DNA of 13,554 nucleotides, taken from the IMG/VR virus record IMGVR_UViG_3300025858_001097. One strand, given 5' to 3'. Within the stretch, counting starts at the first letter, position 1, and each line of letters begins with the position of its first letter. The notes under the pieces were generated by a model. That model had not been told where the DNA came from. It saw nothing but the letters and a program-made list of their open reading frames with translations, and ran no database searches. Origin of the DNA: a virus (taxonomy: Duplodnaviria > Heunggongvirae > Uroviricota > Caudoviricetes). This document shows positions 1-6,730 of the stretch, in pieces. A program made the position numbers and the translations under genes.

Positions 1-120
1 TCATACCACAATCCCACACCCTACTGGGACTACTGTTCCAGTACCTGTGCCCGTGCCGCGTCTCATCGCTGCGGGGGCGGTCGGTGTGAAGTTTGCTGAT
101 ATGTTTGAATTAAATAACAT
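1..120 (-). CDS. 39-aa small peptide MLFNSNISANFTPTAPAAMRRGTGTGTGTVVPVGCGIVV (not in ORF track)
   Basis: ATG at 120-118, open to TGA at 3-1; AGGAG Shine-Dalgarno at 134-130, 9 nt upstream; the Gly-Thr x4 repeat uses varied synonymous codons (ggc acg ggc aca ggt act gga aca). Confidence 0.6.
   Translation of the reverse strand: MLFNSNISANFTPTAPAAMRRGTGTGTGTVVPVGCGIVV
15..88. other. GC-rich segment foldable into a three-way junction, overlapping the 39-aa ORF
   Basis: CACACC 15-20 / GGTGTG 83-88; TACTGG 22-27 / CCAGTA 38-43; GCCC 49-52 / GGGC 75-78; CCGC 56-59 / GCGG 71-74. 55 of bases 1-90 are G/C by hand count in an otherwise AT-rich window. Confidence 0.3.
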
Positions 121-146
121 TTTTAATATCTCCTATTTGTATTAGA

Positions 147-170
147 TATATATTTTGGAAAAAAAGTCAA
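147..170 (-). promoter_or_regulatory. Candidate promoter of the 39-aa ORF (TTGACT 170-165; AATATATA 154-147)
   Basis: Minus strand reads TTGACTttttttccaaAATATATAtctaat, 26 nt upstream of the ATG; the -10 match is imperfect. Confidence 0.3.
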
Positions 171-195
171 TTTTTTCCATTTTTGATTGATATTA

Positions 196-203
196 CAAAA
201 TTA
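196..203 (-). promoter_or_regulatory. Bacteroidota-type -7 element TAATTTTG(TA)
   Basis: Exact TAnnTTTG match in the 121-243 intergenic gap, facing the 39-aa ORF; no TTTG -33 element at 19-21 nt. Confidence 0.4.
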
Positions 204-243
204 CAACAAAGTTTTAAATTAAAAAAATTATTTCGTAGTTTTT

Positions 244-449
244 TTATAAATTAACTTGTATGTATAACGCATATGACACCAATGCACTTATTAAAAAAAT
301 CAAAAAAGTAGAAATATAGAACATTATTCTAACAAATTTTGTCATACCATTAAACGGGTTGTTCGGTCTTTTTCTTGCAAATATTAAAATTGTAAAAAAA
401 AAATGAACGCGAACCACATTAATACAGCTGTTGCAATTGACCATCCCAT
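244..449 (-). CDS. Small two-helix membrane protein, apparently frameshifted in an A10 tract (394-403)
   Basis: ATG at 449 gives MGWSIATAVLMWFAFIFF then stops after LQF; one extra base in the tract joins it to TILIFARKRPNNPFNGMTKFVRIMFYISTFLIFLISALVSYALYIQVNL (68 aa, two hydrophobic helices). The track N-terminus MVNCNSCINVVRVH looks spurious. Confidence 0.55.
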
Positions 450-470
450 ATTTAATATTTATTTAATTAT

Positions 471-746
471 TTAATTTTTCTGAATTTTAATTTCAAATCT
501 AGTCCAGACAATCCAACCATCAACGACTTTATGATTAATATCTATTTCAAAATTTATTGGAATATTGTTTTCATGTAAAAAATTCCAAATTAAATCATGC
601 ATTCTTTTTAGATCACCATCCACGATTAAATTACCTTCTACATACATTTTATGTTCGCAAGAACAAGTTGTATTGAATCCATTATCTCGTAAAAGTTTAA
701 CAACATCACGAATTCCTTCTTCTATATTTTCATCATACCAATTCAA
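471..746 (-). CDS. Phage hypothetical protein, 91 aa
   Basis: Packed in the minus-strand run; NIEEGIRDVVKLLRDNGFNTTCSCEH resembles the I(D/E)xxIxxxVxxLxxxGxxTxxSCxGH motif recurrent in phage hypotheticals. Confidence 0.75.
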   Translation of the reverse strand: MNWYDENIEEGIRDVVKLLRDNGFNTTCSCEHKMYVEGNLIVDGDLKRMHDLIWNFLHENNIPINFEIDINHKVVDGWIVWTRFEIKIQKN

Positions 747-770
747 CTCTCAATAATTTTATTTTTCTAA

Positions 771-1070
771 TTATTTATTTATTGTATCTATTTTAATAAC
801 ATTGAAATATCTTATATTAGATATAAATGTTTCATAAGATCCTACTCCTTGACCTTTATTCCACACGACGCATCTCAGATCTCCATTTTCCTGTTCTAAT
901 TTAACGTTAGTTACTTTGCAAAAATCATGTTGAATTGTGTCAGTTTCTCCATTAGAAAATGTAACAGATAACGTATATTTAATGTCATATACTGGAGTAT
1001 TATCCATAGAACCACAACCTGTTATAATTAGAAACGCAATTATAAAAATAAAAGCAAATATTTTTCCCAT
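771..1070 (-). CDS. Predicted lipoprotein, 99 aa (start revised to ATG 1070)
   Basis: MGKIFAFIFIIAFLIITG-C: basic N-region, hydrophobic H-region, ITGC lipobox; ATG lies 1 nt after the upstream TAA (1074-1072). Confidence 0.75.
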   Translation of the reverse strand: MGKIFAFIFIIAFLIITGCGSMDNTPVYDIKYTLSVTFSNGETDTIQHDFCKVTNVKLEQENGDLRCVVWNKGQGVGSYETFISNIRYFNVIKIDTINK

Positions 1071-1071
1071 A

Positions 1072-1350
1072 TTATCTGTTATAAAAATCGTAAATATTTT
1101 CCTTTTTAAAATGAACAACTTCATCTATATCCAAATCCACCATAACAAGAGCGTCAGATACTCTTCCAGTCATATCATCTCCATTGACTTCTGTAACAAT
1201 TACATGAAATCTTTCTTTATTATTAGCGCAAATCTTAACTACATCTCCAATTTTAATAGTATCAAGTTCTTCTTGACAAGGAGCCCAGAAAGTTTCAGGA
1301 TGATTTTCGTGCATCTTTTGTGCATCAACAAAAAATATATCTTTTTTCAT
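1072..1350 (-). CDS. DUF2314/YegJ-like small beta-barrel protein, 92 aa (start revised to ATG 1350)
   Basis: ETFWAP..EE...IKIGDVVKI..ERFHV.VTE..GD..TGRV...L......V.F....IY pattern; the track start at 1365 is a TTG. Confidence 0.6.
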   Translation of the reverse strand: MKKDIFFVDAQKMHENHPETFWAPCQEELDTIKIGDVVKICANNKERFHVIVTEVNGDDMTGRVSDALVMVDLDIDEVVHFKKENIYDFYNR

Positions 1351-1401
1351 CTTCACGATCTCCAATCTTTTTCATTTCCACATACGACAATGTGTGTCAT
1401 T

Positions 1402-1752
1402 TTAATCTACTTTTTTAAGATTCAACTTATATCCTTTATTGCCTTGTTTCTTTGCAGTAAATTTCTTAGATTTCTTTACTTTAAATTTATTTGCAAGACC
1501 TGTAATTGACATCACGTCTCCCTTATGTGGCTTAGCGTTTGGTCCGAAAAGATCTTTAAAATCCTGTCTTTCTATGATAACTTTCATACTATCACATTCG
1601 TCAGTAAGCTTACTTTCATTTATTTTGATATTGATAGTATTCTCACTAAAGACTTTATCCACGTGTTCACTCAATGTTTCTACTTTTTCAACTTGTGGTT
1701 CTTCTTTCACTGCAGCTTCATAAATAGCTTCCTTAATTACTAAATTTTTCAT
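1402..1752 (-). CDS. Hypothetical protein, 116 aa
   Basis: ATG after an A-rich leader, TAA stop; C-half PHKGDVMSITG..FKVK suggests a small beta-barrel; function not assignable. Confidence 0.75.
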   Translation of the reverse strand: MKNLVIKEAIYEAAVKEEPQVEKVETLSEHVDKVFSENTINIKINESKLTDECDSMKVIIERQDFKDLFGPNAKPHKGDVMSITGLANKFKVKKSKKFTAKKQGNKGYKLNLKKVD

Positions 1753-1832
1753 GTTTTAAATTTTTAATTGTTTTATAAATTATAGATTGATTTTTATAGT
1801 TTGTTTTCAAAACATCCAAACTTGTTTTTCAT

Positions 1833-2081
1833 TTAGAATTCTGTTAATTTTGGATATCCGTGATTATCGTTTTCAATGGCTTTTCTTATCCAACGCATTA
1901 AGGTAATGGCTTTATAAGTTGGATTAAAATACATATTCTTGTGCTCAATAGGATCGGTTGAATCCATTTCCAATTGATATGTTGTATCGCCGACCTTGAT
2001 CAAATAAACAACTATTCCATTACAAACGTGACTGAAATTGGCGGTAGTTCCTTTAACTATCTCCTTTAAAGTGTGTTTCAT
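1833..2081 (-). CDS. Phage hypothetical protein, 82 aa
   Basis: TLKEIVKG...YQL...KAITLMRWIRKAI resembles a small family I recall from large phages; ATGA overlap with the upstream 46-aa ORF. Confidence 0.8.
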   Translation of the reverse strand: MKHTLKEIVKGTTANFSHVCNGIVVYLIKVGDTTYQLEMDSTDPIEHKNMYFNPTYKAITLMRWIRKAIENDNHGYPKLTEF

Positions 2082-2218
2082 CTTCTACTTTTAATTTTCT
2101 TTTTTTTGGGTTTTGGTGTTGGTTTTGGTTTTGGGTTGGATGCATATTCATACAATAAAGCTCCAACTAGAAAAACGGATCCAGCGATTAAAATCTTTTC
2201 TAAAAAAGATGTTTTCAT
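2078..2218 (-). CDS. 46-aa single-pass membrane peptide with Pro/Lys-rich tail (not in ORF track)
   Basis: MKTSFLEKILIAGSVFLVGALLYEYASNPKPKPTPKPKKKKIKSRR*; TGA at 2080-2078 overlaps the next ATG (ATGA coupling). Confidence 0.75.
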   Translation of the reverse strand: MKTSFLEKILIAGSVFLVGALLYEYASNPKPKPTPKPKKKKIKSRR

Positions 2219-2230
2219 GATCTATGTTTT

Positions 2231-2255
2231 AAAAGGGAGTCTTTTTGACCCCCTT
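2231..2255 (-). terminator. Probable intrinsic terminator after the vWA gene
   Basis: Minus strand AAGGGGGTC-aaaaa-GACTCCCTT-TT: 9-bp stem with one G.U pair (a mismatch on the plus strand), starting 3 nt after the stop; short U-tract. Confidence 0.55.
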
Positions 2256-2258
2256 GTT

Positions 2259-2909
2259 TTATGATCTGTTTTCTAAGTCTTTGTATTCTTTATTTAAATC
2301 TAATGAAGCGAAATCATCAGCAGATTTAGCCATTCTGTATTTAGTAGCATAATTACTAGCAGACATAAAAGCTGTGTTTACTCCCGGGGCATCAGCTGAC
2401 CATGTTACTGTATTAAATTTATTAATACCAATTTTTCCGCCTTCTGCCATAGCATCTTGATTAGCACCAAGATAGATGAAATTCCAACCTTTCTTTTCGC
2501 GTTTTGATATTTTTTCGAAAATTCCTGTTCTGTCGAAGTCTGTGCTTCTGTTTTCTTTTCCGTCTGTGAGAATAACAAAAAGAACTTTCTCGGGTTTTTC
2601 TTCCTCTGCGGTTTCTTTTAATTTTGATTTAAGCTGATCAATAGTATGACCAATAGCATCATAAAGACGAGTATAAGTAGTTGGTTTGTAACTAGTTTCA
2701 TCAAGCAATGGTAAATCTTGAATTGAGCGATTTTCGTAAACTTTTTCGATTTTTGTGTTGAATTTTACTAAAGTACAGTCAGCTAGACCTTCTACTTTCT
2801 TTTGTTCTCTAATAAAATTGTTGAATGCACCAATGGTGTCGCTCTTAATGTCGCCCATAGAACCGGATTCATCTAGGACAAATGCGATCCACGTCAAATT
2901 TTCTTTCAT
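2259..2909 (-). CDS. von Willebrand factor A (vWA) domain protein, 216 aa
   Basis: FVLDESGSM (DxSxS MIDAS), TRLYDAIG and VILTDGKEN motifs; AGGAGG Shine-Dalgarno at 2920-2915. Confidence 0.9.
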   Translation of the reverse strand: MKENLTWIAFVLDESGSMGDIKSDTIGAFNNFIREQKKVEGLADCTLVKFNTKIEKVYENRSIQDLPLLDETSYKPTTYTRLYDAIGHTIDQLKSKLKETAEEEKPEKVLFVILTDGKENRSTDFDRTGIFEKISKREKKGWNFIYLGANQDAMAEGGKIGINKFNTVTWSADAPGVNTAFMSASNYATKYRMAKSADDFASLDLNKEYKDLENRS

Positions 2910-2975
2910 TTTAACCTCCTTTTTTATTTTTTATTTCTGTAATATCAGTTTTTTCATTGCTCATCACAATTCTAA

Positions 2976-2995
2976 AGTGTTAACACTCAAAACTA
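2976..2995 (-). promoter_or_regulatory. TAGTTTTG (-7-like) abutting the 12-bp palindrome AGTGTTAACACT; candidate promoter/operator
   Basis: TAnnTTTG at 2995-2988 and a perfect palindrome at 2976-2987, upstream of the vWA gene. Confidence 0.35.
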
Positions 2996-3050
2996 ATATT
3001 GACCAAAAGTGCTATTATATATAAATATACTATCGGCCGTTGTTTTATTT

Positions 3051-3269
3051 TTATTTATAAATATATTCTATTTTTGAAATAAATATTTTTTTCCACCAAG
3101 GCAAATTATACCATTCCACAACCCTACTTTGTTGTAATATTATTCTATCTGTTATTCTATCCAGTTCGGGCCATTGGCCTCTCACGCTTTCAAGATAAGC
3201 TAATCCGTATAATGGTTCATTTTCCCAAATTTCTTCACCGTATGGATCTATTTCAGAATATTTGTTCAT
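3051..3269 (-). CDS. Hypothetical protein, 72 aa
   Basis: ATG 4 nt after the upstream TAA; N-terminal EIDPYGEEIWE and C-terminal LPWWKKIF. Confidence 0.7.
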   Translation of the reverse strand: MNKYSEIDPYGEEIWENEPLYGLAYLESVRGQWPELDRITDRIILQQSRVVEWYNLPWWKKIFISKIEYIYK

Positions 3270-3273
3270 TTTT

Positions 3274-3366
3274 TTACATTAAGAAATTATACACCACTGT
3301 TTCAACAGCAATAATAATCGCCGTAGTCATAAGAGCTGTTACTACAATAATATCCAATCTTTTCAT
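3274..3366 (-). CDS. 30-aa single-pass membrane peptide (not in ORF track)
   Basis: MKRLDIIVVTALMTTAIIIAVETVVYNFLM*; A-rich leader, first ORF after the 3445-3413 promoter, 4-nt gap to the next ORF. Confidence 0.6.
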   Translation of the reverse strand: MKRLDIIVVTALMTTAIIIAVETVVYNFLM

Positions 3367-3412
3367 TTTATATTTTTTTTTATTTGATTTTAGTTTAAAC
3401 TCTTTTGCCAAC

Positions 3413-3445
3413 TGCGAATATAAAAATAAAATTCCAAATAACAAA
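3413..3445 (-). promoter_or_regulatory. Bacteroidota-type sigma-A promoter TTTG-N19-TATATTCGCA
   Basis: TTTG at 3445-3442, 19-nt spacer, TATATTCG at 3422-3415 (one mismatch to TAnnTTTG); heads the minus-strand small-ORF run. Confidence 0.55.
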
Positions 3446-4264
3446 ATGATTACAAATAAAATTTATTATGGAGACTCAATGATATTGTCAAAAAATTTGC
3501 CAGACAATTACTTAGATTTAGTGATCACAAGTCCCCCATACTCTTCGATGAAAAGCTATGGTAAAAAAATAAATAATTTTTCTCCAAGAAACTACAACGA
3601 TTGGTTTTTGCCTCTAGCTAAAGAAATAAGTAGAAGTTTGAAACCCGCAGGGTCGTTCGTTCTAAATATAAACGATAAAGTTGTAAATGGCTTCAGGGAT
3701 TTATATGTATTCGAATTAGTCATTAGAATATGCCAGGAAACAGATCTCAGCCTATATGATAGATATATATGGCATAAAAAGAACGCTCGTCCAGGAAGTG
3801 GTGATAGACTTAATGACTGGATGGAATATATTTTTCATTTTTCCAAAACAACACAAATTAAAAATAGAGTAGATAGAGTCAGAGAGCCTTATGCTGAAAG
3901 CACTATAAAAAGATATAAATCTCCTGTTGCTTTTAATAAGAAAACTGATGATAATGGTATAACCAGCATTGGTGATAAAAAGATGGTTAAACAAAATCCA
4001 CTTGGTAAAAAACCATCTACTGTTATGAGATTTAATAATGCTGGTGTTTTAAAAGGCGGAACATCTGGAAAACATCCAGCTCCATTTCATCCAGATCTTC
4101 CAGAGTTTTTTATAAAATGGTTAACTGATGAAAATGATATAGTTCTAGATCCCTTCATGGGAAGTGGCACAACGGCAGAAGTTTGTAAGAAATTGAATCG
4201 TCAATATATTGGATTTGAATTAAATGAAAGTTATAAAGATCTTATAGAAGAAAGACTGTATTAA
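3446..4264 (+). CDS. Orphan beta-class amino-methyltransferase (N6_N4_Mtase family, probably m4C), 272 aa (start revised to ATG 3446)
   Basis: NKIYYGDS, LVITSPPY (motif IV) before VLDPFMGSGTT (motif I), HPAPF, YIGFELN; stop overlaps the convergent gene's stop in TTAA 4261-4264. Confidence 0.92.
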   Translation: MITNKIYYGDSMILSKNLPDNYLDLVITSPPYSSMKSYGKKINNFSPRNYNDWFLPLAKEISRSLKPAGSFVLNINDKVVNGFRDLYVFELVIRICQETDLSLYDRYIWHKKNARPGSGDRLNDWMEYIFHFSKTTQIKNRVDRVREPYAESTIKRYKSPVAFNKKTDDNGITSIGDKKMVKQNPLGKKPSTVMRFNNAGVLKGGTSGKHPAPFHPDLPEFFIKWLTDENDIVLDPFMGSGTTAEVCKKLNRQYIGFELNESYKDLIEERLY

Positions 4265-5925
4265 GAGTGTTTTTGAGTTCTTATAGAAGCGACAGATTGA
4301 ACATCATCGTTTTTTTCTCTTTTGATATCTTCTTCTTTTTGTTTTCTAATCCTTCTTAATTGTTTCACAGTGCGAAGTATCCACGGCGTTTCGGGATCAA
4401 CATAATTCACATCTTCTTCTATATCAGCCTCTTCCCACGCCAAATCTTTGGAAGAAGTTTCGTTTTTTTTTGAGTCACTGCTCTCAATCTGTTCTGGTTT
4501 AATTTCCTCTGTTATATTTTCTTCTATAATTGGTTCTTCTGGAGTTTCTTCAGTGTTGGGTTTCCTAATAAGAATATCTTGAATTTGTGGATCATCGACT
4601 GAAAATTCCAAATATGGAACCGCTTCAATTTCTTCATCTTTTTTGATACATATAATTTCACTTAGGTTGGCGTAATCTGGATTTAGTTCTTTTATCCCCA
4701 TTTCGTCGAATTGAATAAGAACTCTGTTTTTTTCTAAATCAGATTTTATTATTATTCCTTTACCGAAAGTATTATGATAAACTCTTAATCCTTCTATTAT
4801 GTTTGTTTTAATCAGTTCTACTTTTTCCTCTGTATAACCATCTGGACAATCTTTGAGTAAAGGTTCGTTTTTTTTTAAATCGATTTCTTCCGCTTGTTCT
4901 ATTTCTTCTTCTTGATCTTCCTCTTCTTTATATATTGGATGATATGTTGTGGTAGCCAAAAATTCTTTGACTGGCTCTTCTTTTATTGGCTCTTTAATTG
5001 ACTCTTCTTTAATTGGCTCTTTTTCTAGGACGGGCTCAATTTTTTCTATTTTATCTTCTTTTTTCTCTGTGTTTTTTTCTTTATCTTCTTTCTTTTCTTC
5101 TTCTTTCTCAAACGTAGTCAATCTATTTAAACCAATTAATAATCCTATTGATAATGGATCACAAACTAGAATGATCATCAAAGTGATCCAGTTGACAATT
5201 TTATCCATTGGAGCACCTGTTAAATCAGATATAAACTTATACGGTCCAATTTCTGTAGAAACATCGGAGTTCTTTAATTCCATTATTTTTATATCATAAT
5301 AAGCTATTGAATCATTTACAGATGATGTTTCTTTCATTTTACCTGTAATGTCTTCATTTAAAAATTTAATCTGTTCGTCTTGACTCGATATAGATGCTAA
5401 GTTTCTATCAGCAGCCGAAACTTGTCTTCTATTGTATAATGTATCCAATCTTCTTTCTTGGCCGCTTCTTAAATTTGTCAATTGTGTAATTCTATTATTA
5501 TCACTTTCTATCGCTTTATTTATTCTGTCTAATTGATCTACAAACAAAGCTTTGCGATTTTCCATAATTTTTATTTGAGAATCACGATATTCAACTTTAT
5601 TTGCGGTCTTTTGATAACTGCCCGTAAGATATCCATAAACACCTACGGATGTCAAAAACATAATAAACACTATACAAAAAGTAAAAAACCATTTAAACCA
5701 TCCTATACTTTTCCAAAATCTATATACATAAGAAACAACAACTATTTTAGCTACTTCCAAAACGCCAGCTAGTGCTGTTATTGTCCAGCCTGCAGCGTGA
5801 AAAAGACTTGATAGACCAAATATTGAATAGAAAGCTGCTATTCCTGATAGACCAAATACTACCACTGTGAGAGCTAAAACCCAAAACCAATTTTTATTTT
5901 TGAAATTATTTATATTAAAATGCAC
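4261..5925 (-). CDS. 4-TM coiled-coil membrane protein (DUF4407-like) with acidic tail and PcrA/UvrD C-terminal Tudor-like domain, 554 aa
   Basis: Three N-terminal hydrophobic helices (AAFYSIFGL, LEVAKIV, FLTSVGVYGYL), coiled coil, EIGPYKFI...ILVCDPLSIGLL fourth helix, then GLRVYHNTFGKGII...LIQFDEMGIKELNPDYANL; GTG start. Confidence 0.85.
   Translation of the reverse strand: MHFNINNFKNKNWFWVLALTVVVFGLSGIAAFYSIFGLSSLFHAAGWTITALAGVLEVAKIVVVSYVYRFWKSIGWFKWFFTFCIVFIMFLTSVGVYGYLTGSYQKTANKVEYRDSQIKIMENRKALFVDQLDRINKAIESDNNRITQLTNLRSGQERRLDTLYNRRQVSAADRNLASISSQDEQIKFLNEDITGKMKETSSVNDSIAYYDIKIMELKNSDVSTEIGPYKFISDLTGAPMDKIVNWITLMIILVCDPLSIGLLIGLNRLTTFEKEEEKKEDKEKNTEKKEDKIEKIEPVLEKEPIKEESIKEPIKEEPVKEFLATTTYHPIYKEEEDQEEEIEQAEEIDLKKNEPLLKDCPDGYTEEKVELIKTNIIEGLRVYHNTFGKGIIIKSDLEKNRVLIQFDEMGIKELNPDYANLSEIICIKKDEEIEAVPYLEFSVDDPQIQDILIRKPNTEETPEEPIIEENITEEIKPEQIESSDSKKNETSSKDLAWEEADIEEDVNYVDPETPWILRTVKQLRRIRKQKEEDIKREKNDDVQSVASIRTQKHS
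4963..5019 (-). repeat. In-frame degenerate 12-15-bp tandem repeat (EPIKE-ESIK-EPIKE-EPVKE)
   Basis: Plus-strand units ttctttgactggctc, ttcttttattggctc, tttaattgactc, ttctttaattggctc. Confidence 0.75.
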
Positions 5926-5977
5926 TCTAAAATTATTATTTTTTGAATATATATTAATTATAATAAATGATTTTTTG

Positions 5978-6002
5978 TAATTTATTGAGAATCATCACTT
6001 TC
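5978..6002. promoter_or_regulatory. Degenerate copy of the dyad TAA-N4-TTGA-N3-TCAA-N4-TTA
   Basis: TAA ttta TTGA gaa TCAt cact TTc, 12 of 14 dyad positions; overlaps the BFN stop codon. Confidence 0.3.
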
Positions 6003-6647
6003 CTTCTTTTTCTTTATAATTTCATCTCTAATTTCAGAAGCTTTTTCATATTCTTCTTCGTCGATGGCTTTCTGGAGAAGTTCGTTTAATTCCTTTAAAG
6101 TGAAACCGTGAAGTCTATCTTTATCAGCTACTACTTGTGTGCCTATTTGACCTCCCTTTTTTATATCATAATATTTTTTAACTATTTCATCTACTTTATC
6201 TAATACATTATCGTATATGTAAATTGGATAATTCATTCTAACTGATATGGCTAAAGCATCTGCTGTGCGAAGTTCTACTTTAAGTTTCTTTCCAACAAGA
6301 TGTGTGAATAATATATCGTTTTTAAAATCTGATATAAGAATCTCATTGAATTTCACATTTTTATCAGCAATAACTTTTTTTAAAACATCGTAAACTAAAG
6401 GAATTATTGGTAATACTTTTTCAACTTCAATAGCTATGGCTTGTGCTTCAAAATAATTAATTATCACAGGCACTTTCCTTTCTTTACCACCATCTTCACC
6501 CAAAATAACTATATAAAGAGTTTGATCTCCACTTTTTGTGTAGGATATACCAAGAATATCAAGCTTTATCTTTTTGTTTAGTTCGTTTTGATCTTTAATT
6601 AAAAGTTTTATTAATCTGTCTCTTATAGCCATAAGTATTTTTCTCAT
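5982..6647 (-). CDS. Bifunctional nuclease (DUF151/BFN) domain + C-terminal UvrB/UvrC (UVR) motif, 221 aa
   Basis: IKLDILGISY..S...YIVIL.E..G.ERKVPVII..FEAQAIAI, ELRTADALAISVR...PIY, and LKELNELLQKAIDEEEYEKASEIRDEI; GAGG upstream of the ATG. Confidence 0.85.
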   Translation of the reverse strand: MRKILMAIRDRLIKLLIKDQNELNKKIKLDILGISYTKSGDQTLYIVILGEDGGKERKVPVIINYFEAQAIAIEVEKVLPIIPLVYDVLKKVIADKNVKFNEILISDFKNDILFTHLVGKKLKVELRTADALAISVRMNYPIYIYDNVLDKVDEIVKKYYDIKKGGQIGTQVVADKDRLHGFTLKELNELLQKAIDEEEYEKASEIRDEIIKKKKESDDSQ

Positions 6648-6730
6648 CCCTCATTGTTTTTATATTTTAATAAACTTTTTGTTTTTATTTTTTAATATAT
6701 ATAAAAAAATAATAGACCCATATTCCTTTA

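Noticed and set aside
40-75. Hammerhead-like CGAUGAG on the minus strand
   Set aside because: Lies in a predicted hairpin loop, lacks the CUGA start, and has no GAAA partner.
1353-1400. 15-aa ORF MTHIVVCGNEKDWRS filling the gap between two genes on the minus strand
   Set aside because: Fits the gap neatly but is too short to support without conservation data.
1402-1752. Head-tail joining protein or CTS-bearing call for the 116-aa ORF (IKE, IYE, INES sites)
   Set aside because: Only a short PxKGD-like match and generic (I/L)-x-E triplets, which are common in Glu-rich proteins; no structural gene context.
565-2264. Plus-strand ORFs 565-756, 937-1509, 1439-1723, 1525-1743, 2073-2264
   Set aside because: Antisense shadows of tightly packed minus-strand genes; Phe/Ile/Ser-rich composition expected from reversed Lys/Glu/Asn codons.
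3212-3445. 78-aa N-terminal extension of the methyltransferase in the ORF track
   Set aside because: Antisense to two better minus-strand ORFs and a promoter; the MTase fold begins at MITNKIYYGD (ATG 3446).
4261-4264. TTAA at the MTase/membrane gene junction as a transposon target-site duplication
   Set aside because: Explained by overlapping convergent TAA stops; no matching terminal repeats or transposase.
6685-6712. AT-only inverted repeat in the divergent intergenic region
   Set aside because: Low-complexity T6/A7 runs with no G-C pairs; likely chance.
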